Origin: Hemiscyllium ocellatum
Lineage: Eukaryota
Length of the DNA: 64,000 bases
Assembly: GCF_020745735.1 (NCBI RefSeq)
Contig: NW_026867526.1
Location: 908,416-972,415 of the forward strand
Direction of reading: 5' to 3'
The translations under genes were made by a program, and so were the position numbers. The notes beneath the pieces are model-generated. The model saw only the letters and a list, made by a program, of their open reading frames with translations. It was not told the origin of the DNA and did not search any database. Position 1 is the stretch's first letter; each line of letters starts with the position of its first letter. Below are positions 62,146 to 64,000 of this stretch, piece after piece.

Positions 62146-62604
62146 AACGTAGTCTACAAAATACCATGCAAGGACTGCACAAGACACTCTATAGGACAAA
62201 CAGGAAGACAGCTAACAATCCGCATCCATGAACATCAGCTAGCCACAAAACGACACGACCAGCTATCCCTAGTAGCCATACACTCAGACAACCAGGAACA
62301 TGAATTTGACTGGGAAAACACTACCATCATAGGACAAGCCAGACAGAGAACAGCCAGGGAATTCTTAGAGGCATGGCATTCATCCACAAACTCCATTAAC
62401 AGACACATAGACCTGGACCCCATATACAAACCACTACAGCTGAAACTGACACCCGGAAGCGGCAAGAACAAACCACTATAAATACCGTAAGAAACATCAA
62501 AGCAGCGCTTCACAGGAGGGTCCAATAGCACTGATGATGTTCCCTAGCCAGGGAACGAAACGTTTGCAGCAAAAACTTCCAGCTCGGCGAACAGAACCAC
62601 AACA
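62146..62604 (+). mobile_element. 5'-truncated Penelope-like element: GIY-YIG domain plus 3' hammerhead motif
   Basis: 'NVVYKIPCKDCTRHSIGQTGRQLTIRIHEH..HEFDWENTTIIGQ..REFLEAWHS..INRH' is a PLE GIY-YIG with the CCHH Zn motif; it is followed by CTGATGA..GAAA at 62531-62560. Confidence 0.88.
62528..62567 (+). ncRNA. Minimal type I hammerhead ribozyme motif (PLE-associated)
   Basis: GCA-CUGAUGA-U-GUUCCCU(AGCC)AGGGAAC-GAAA-CGUU-UGC: intact core, perfect 7-bp stem II, palindromic AACGUU stem III, 3-bp stem I. Activity untested. Confidence 0.6.
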
Positions 62605-63587
62605 GACTTATCTATTTTCACACTCTGCAGGATTTCTAATACCTCTTCCTTGTGAACCTCAATCCCAACTAGTCTAGTAGCCTGTATCTCAGTAATCTCC
62701 TCGACAACACTGTCATTTTCTAGAGTGAATACTGTCGAAAAATATTCATTCAGTGCTTCCCCTATCTCCTCTGACTCCACACACAACTTCCCACTCCTCT
62801 CCTTGATTTGCCCTAATCTTACTCTCGTCATTCTTTTCTTCCTTAAATACCTAGAGAAAGCCTTAGGGTTTACCATGATCCTATCCGCCAACAACTTCTC
62901 ATGTCTCTGCCTGGCTCTGTCGAGCTCTCTCTTTAGGTCTTTCCTGTCTACCATGTAACCCTCAAGTGCCCTACCTGAGCCTTCACATCTCATCCTAACT
63001 TAAGCCTTCTCCTTCCTCTTGACCAGAGATTCCACTTCCTTCGTAAACCACGGCTCTTGCGCTCTACAGCTTCCTCCCTGCCTGACAGGTATATACTTAT
63101 CTAGGACACACAGGAGCTTTTCCTTGAATAAGCTTCACATTTCTAATGTGCCCATCCCCTGCAGTTTCCTTCCCCATCCTATGCTTCCTAAACCTTGCCT
63201 AATCGTATTGTAATTGCCTTTTCCCCAGCTGTAACACTTGCCCAGTGGTATACATCTATCCCTTTCTATCACTAAAGTAAACAGAACAGAATTGTGATCG
63301 CTATCACCAAAGTGCTCACCTCCTTCCAAGTCTAACACCTGGCCGGGCTCATTACCCAGTACCAAATCTAATATGTCTTCACCCCTTATTGGCCTGTCTA
63401 CATACTGTGTCAGGAAGCCCTCCTGCACACACTGGACAAAAACTGACCCATCTATAGTACTGGTACTATCGTGTTTCCAGTCAATATTTGGAAAGTTGAA
63501 GTGCCCCATGAGAACTACCCTGTCTCTCTCACTCCTATCGAGAATCATCTTTGCTATCCTTTCCTCTACATCTCTGGAACTATTCAG
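62605..63587 (-). mobile_element. CR1-type LINE fragment (APE endonuclease and linker), relatively young
   Basis: ORFs 63135-63548 'VVLMGHFNFPNIDW..LDLVLGNEPGQV..EHFGDSDHNSV' and 62544-62993 'NPKAFSRYLRKKR..EALNEYFSTVFT'. Confidence 0.88.
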
Positions 63588-64000
63588 AAGGATGGGCTAT
63601 CAATGCTGGCCAAGCCAGTGACACTCACATCACATAAAATGAATATTAAAAAAAAGAATGCCTGCAAGATTAAAACAGCTCCACACTGTCCGAACTGCCA
63701 TCTCTGCCTCTTCTTATTGAGGAAGACAAAAGAATCTCACCTTGCCTTTCCCATGCTCACCTTTCTCACCAAAGCCCAGTATTCACCCCGGCCCTCACTT
63801 ATACCAACCAGCAGCACTGCCACCACCAACACAGCAGCCCCTCTCAAAATGTCTTGTCAGTAAATTTTTATTAACTGCTTACTTCAATTACAATGCAATC
63901 TCTACAATCAGACTCAGTACCATTTAGGTGACAACCAATTTTCTGACAGATTTTCTCGATCTCTCTCCTTTTTTTGGTTAGAGGGAGGGAGGGAGGGAGG

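Overview
Eukaryotic genomic DNA from a cartilaginous fish (a shark, inferred from the cluster-type IgH organisation and the repeat families). The window holds one complete, apparently intact immunoglobulin mu heavy-chain (IgM) cluster on the minus strand. Its parts are: TATA (24059-24065), leader exon (23924-23972), VH exon (23479-23795), one free D with 12/12 RSSs (23095-23109), JH with a 23-bp RSS (22653-22700), a 10.1-kb J-C intron, CH1-CH4 with secretory tailpiece, TM1 and TM2. All splice sites are GT-AG and phase-compatible. The most notable feature is that the usual shark V-D1-D2-J layout is not seen. The V ends in 9-10 extra bases followed by a 22-bp-spacer RSS, and only one free D lies between V and J. 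This pattern fits a partly pre-rearranged, germline-joined VD1-D2-J cluster. The ~40 kb upstream of V has no recognisable gene. It is filled with CR1-type LINE fragments, tRNA-derived (HE1-like) SINEs, Penelope-like element fragments, a 46-bp minisatellite (~45 copies) and a ~7.4-kb 33-bp satellite. Several Penelope-derived pieces carry minimal hammerhead-ribozyme motifs and 14-17-bp target-site duplications. Exon and RSS coordinates were read base by base; repeat boundaries are approximate. Family names come from recognition of the sequence, not from database searches.
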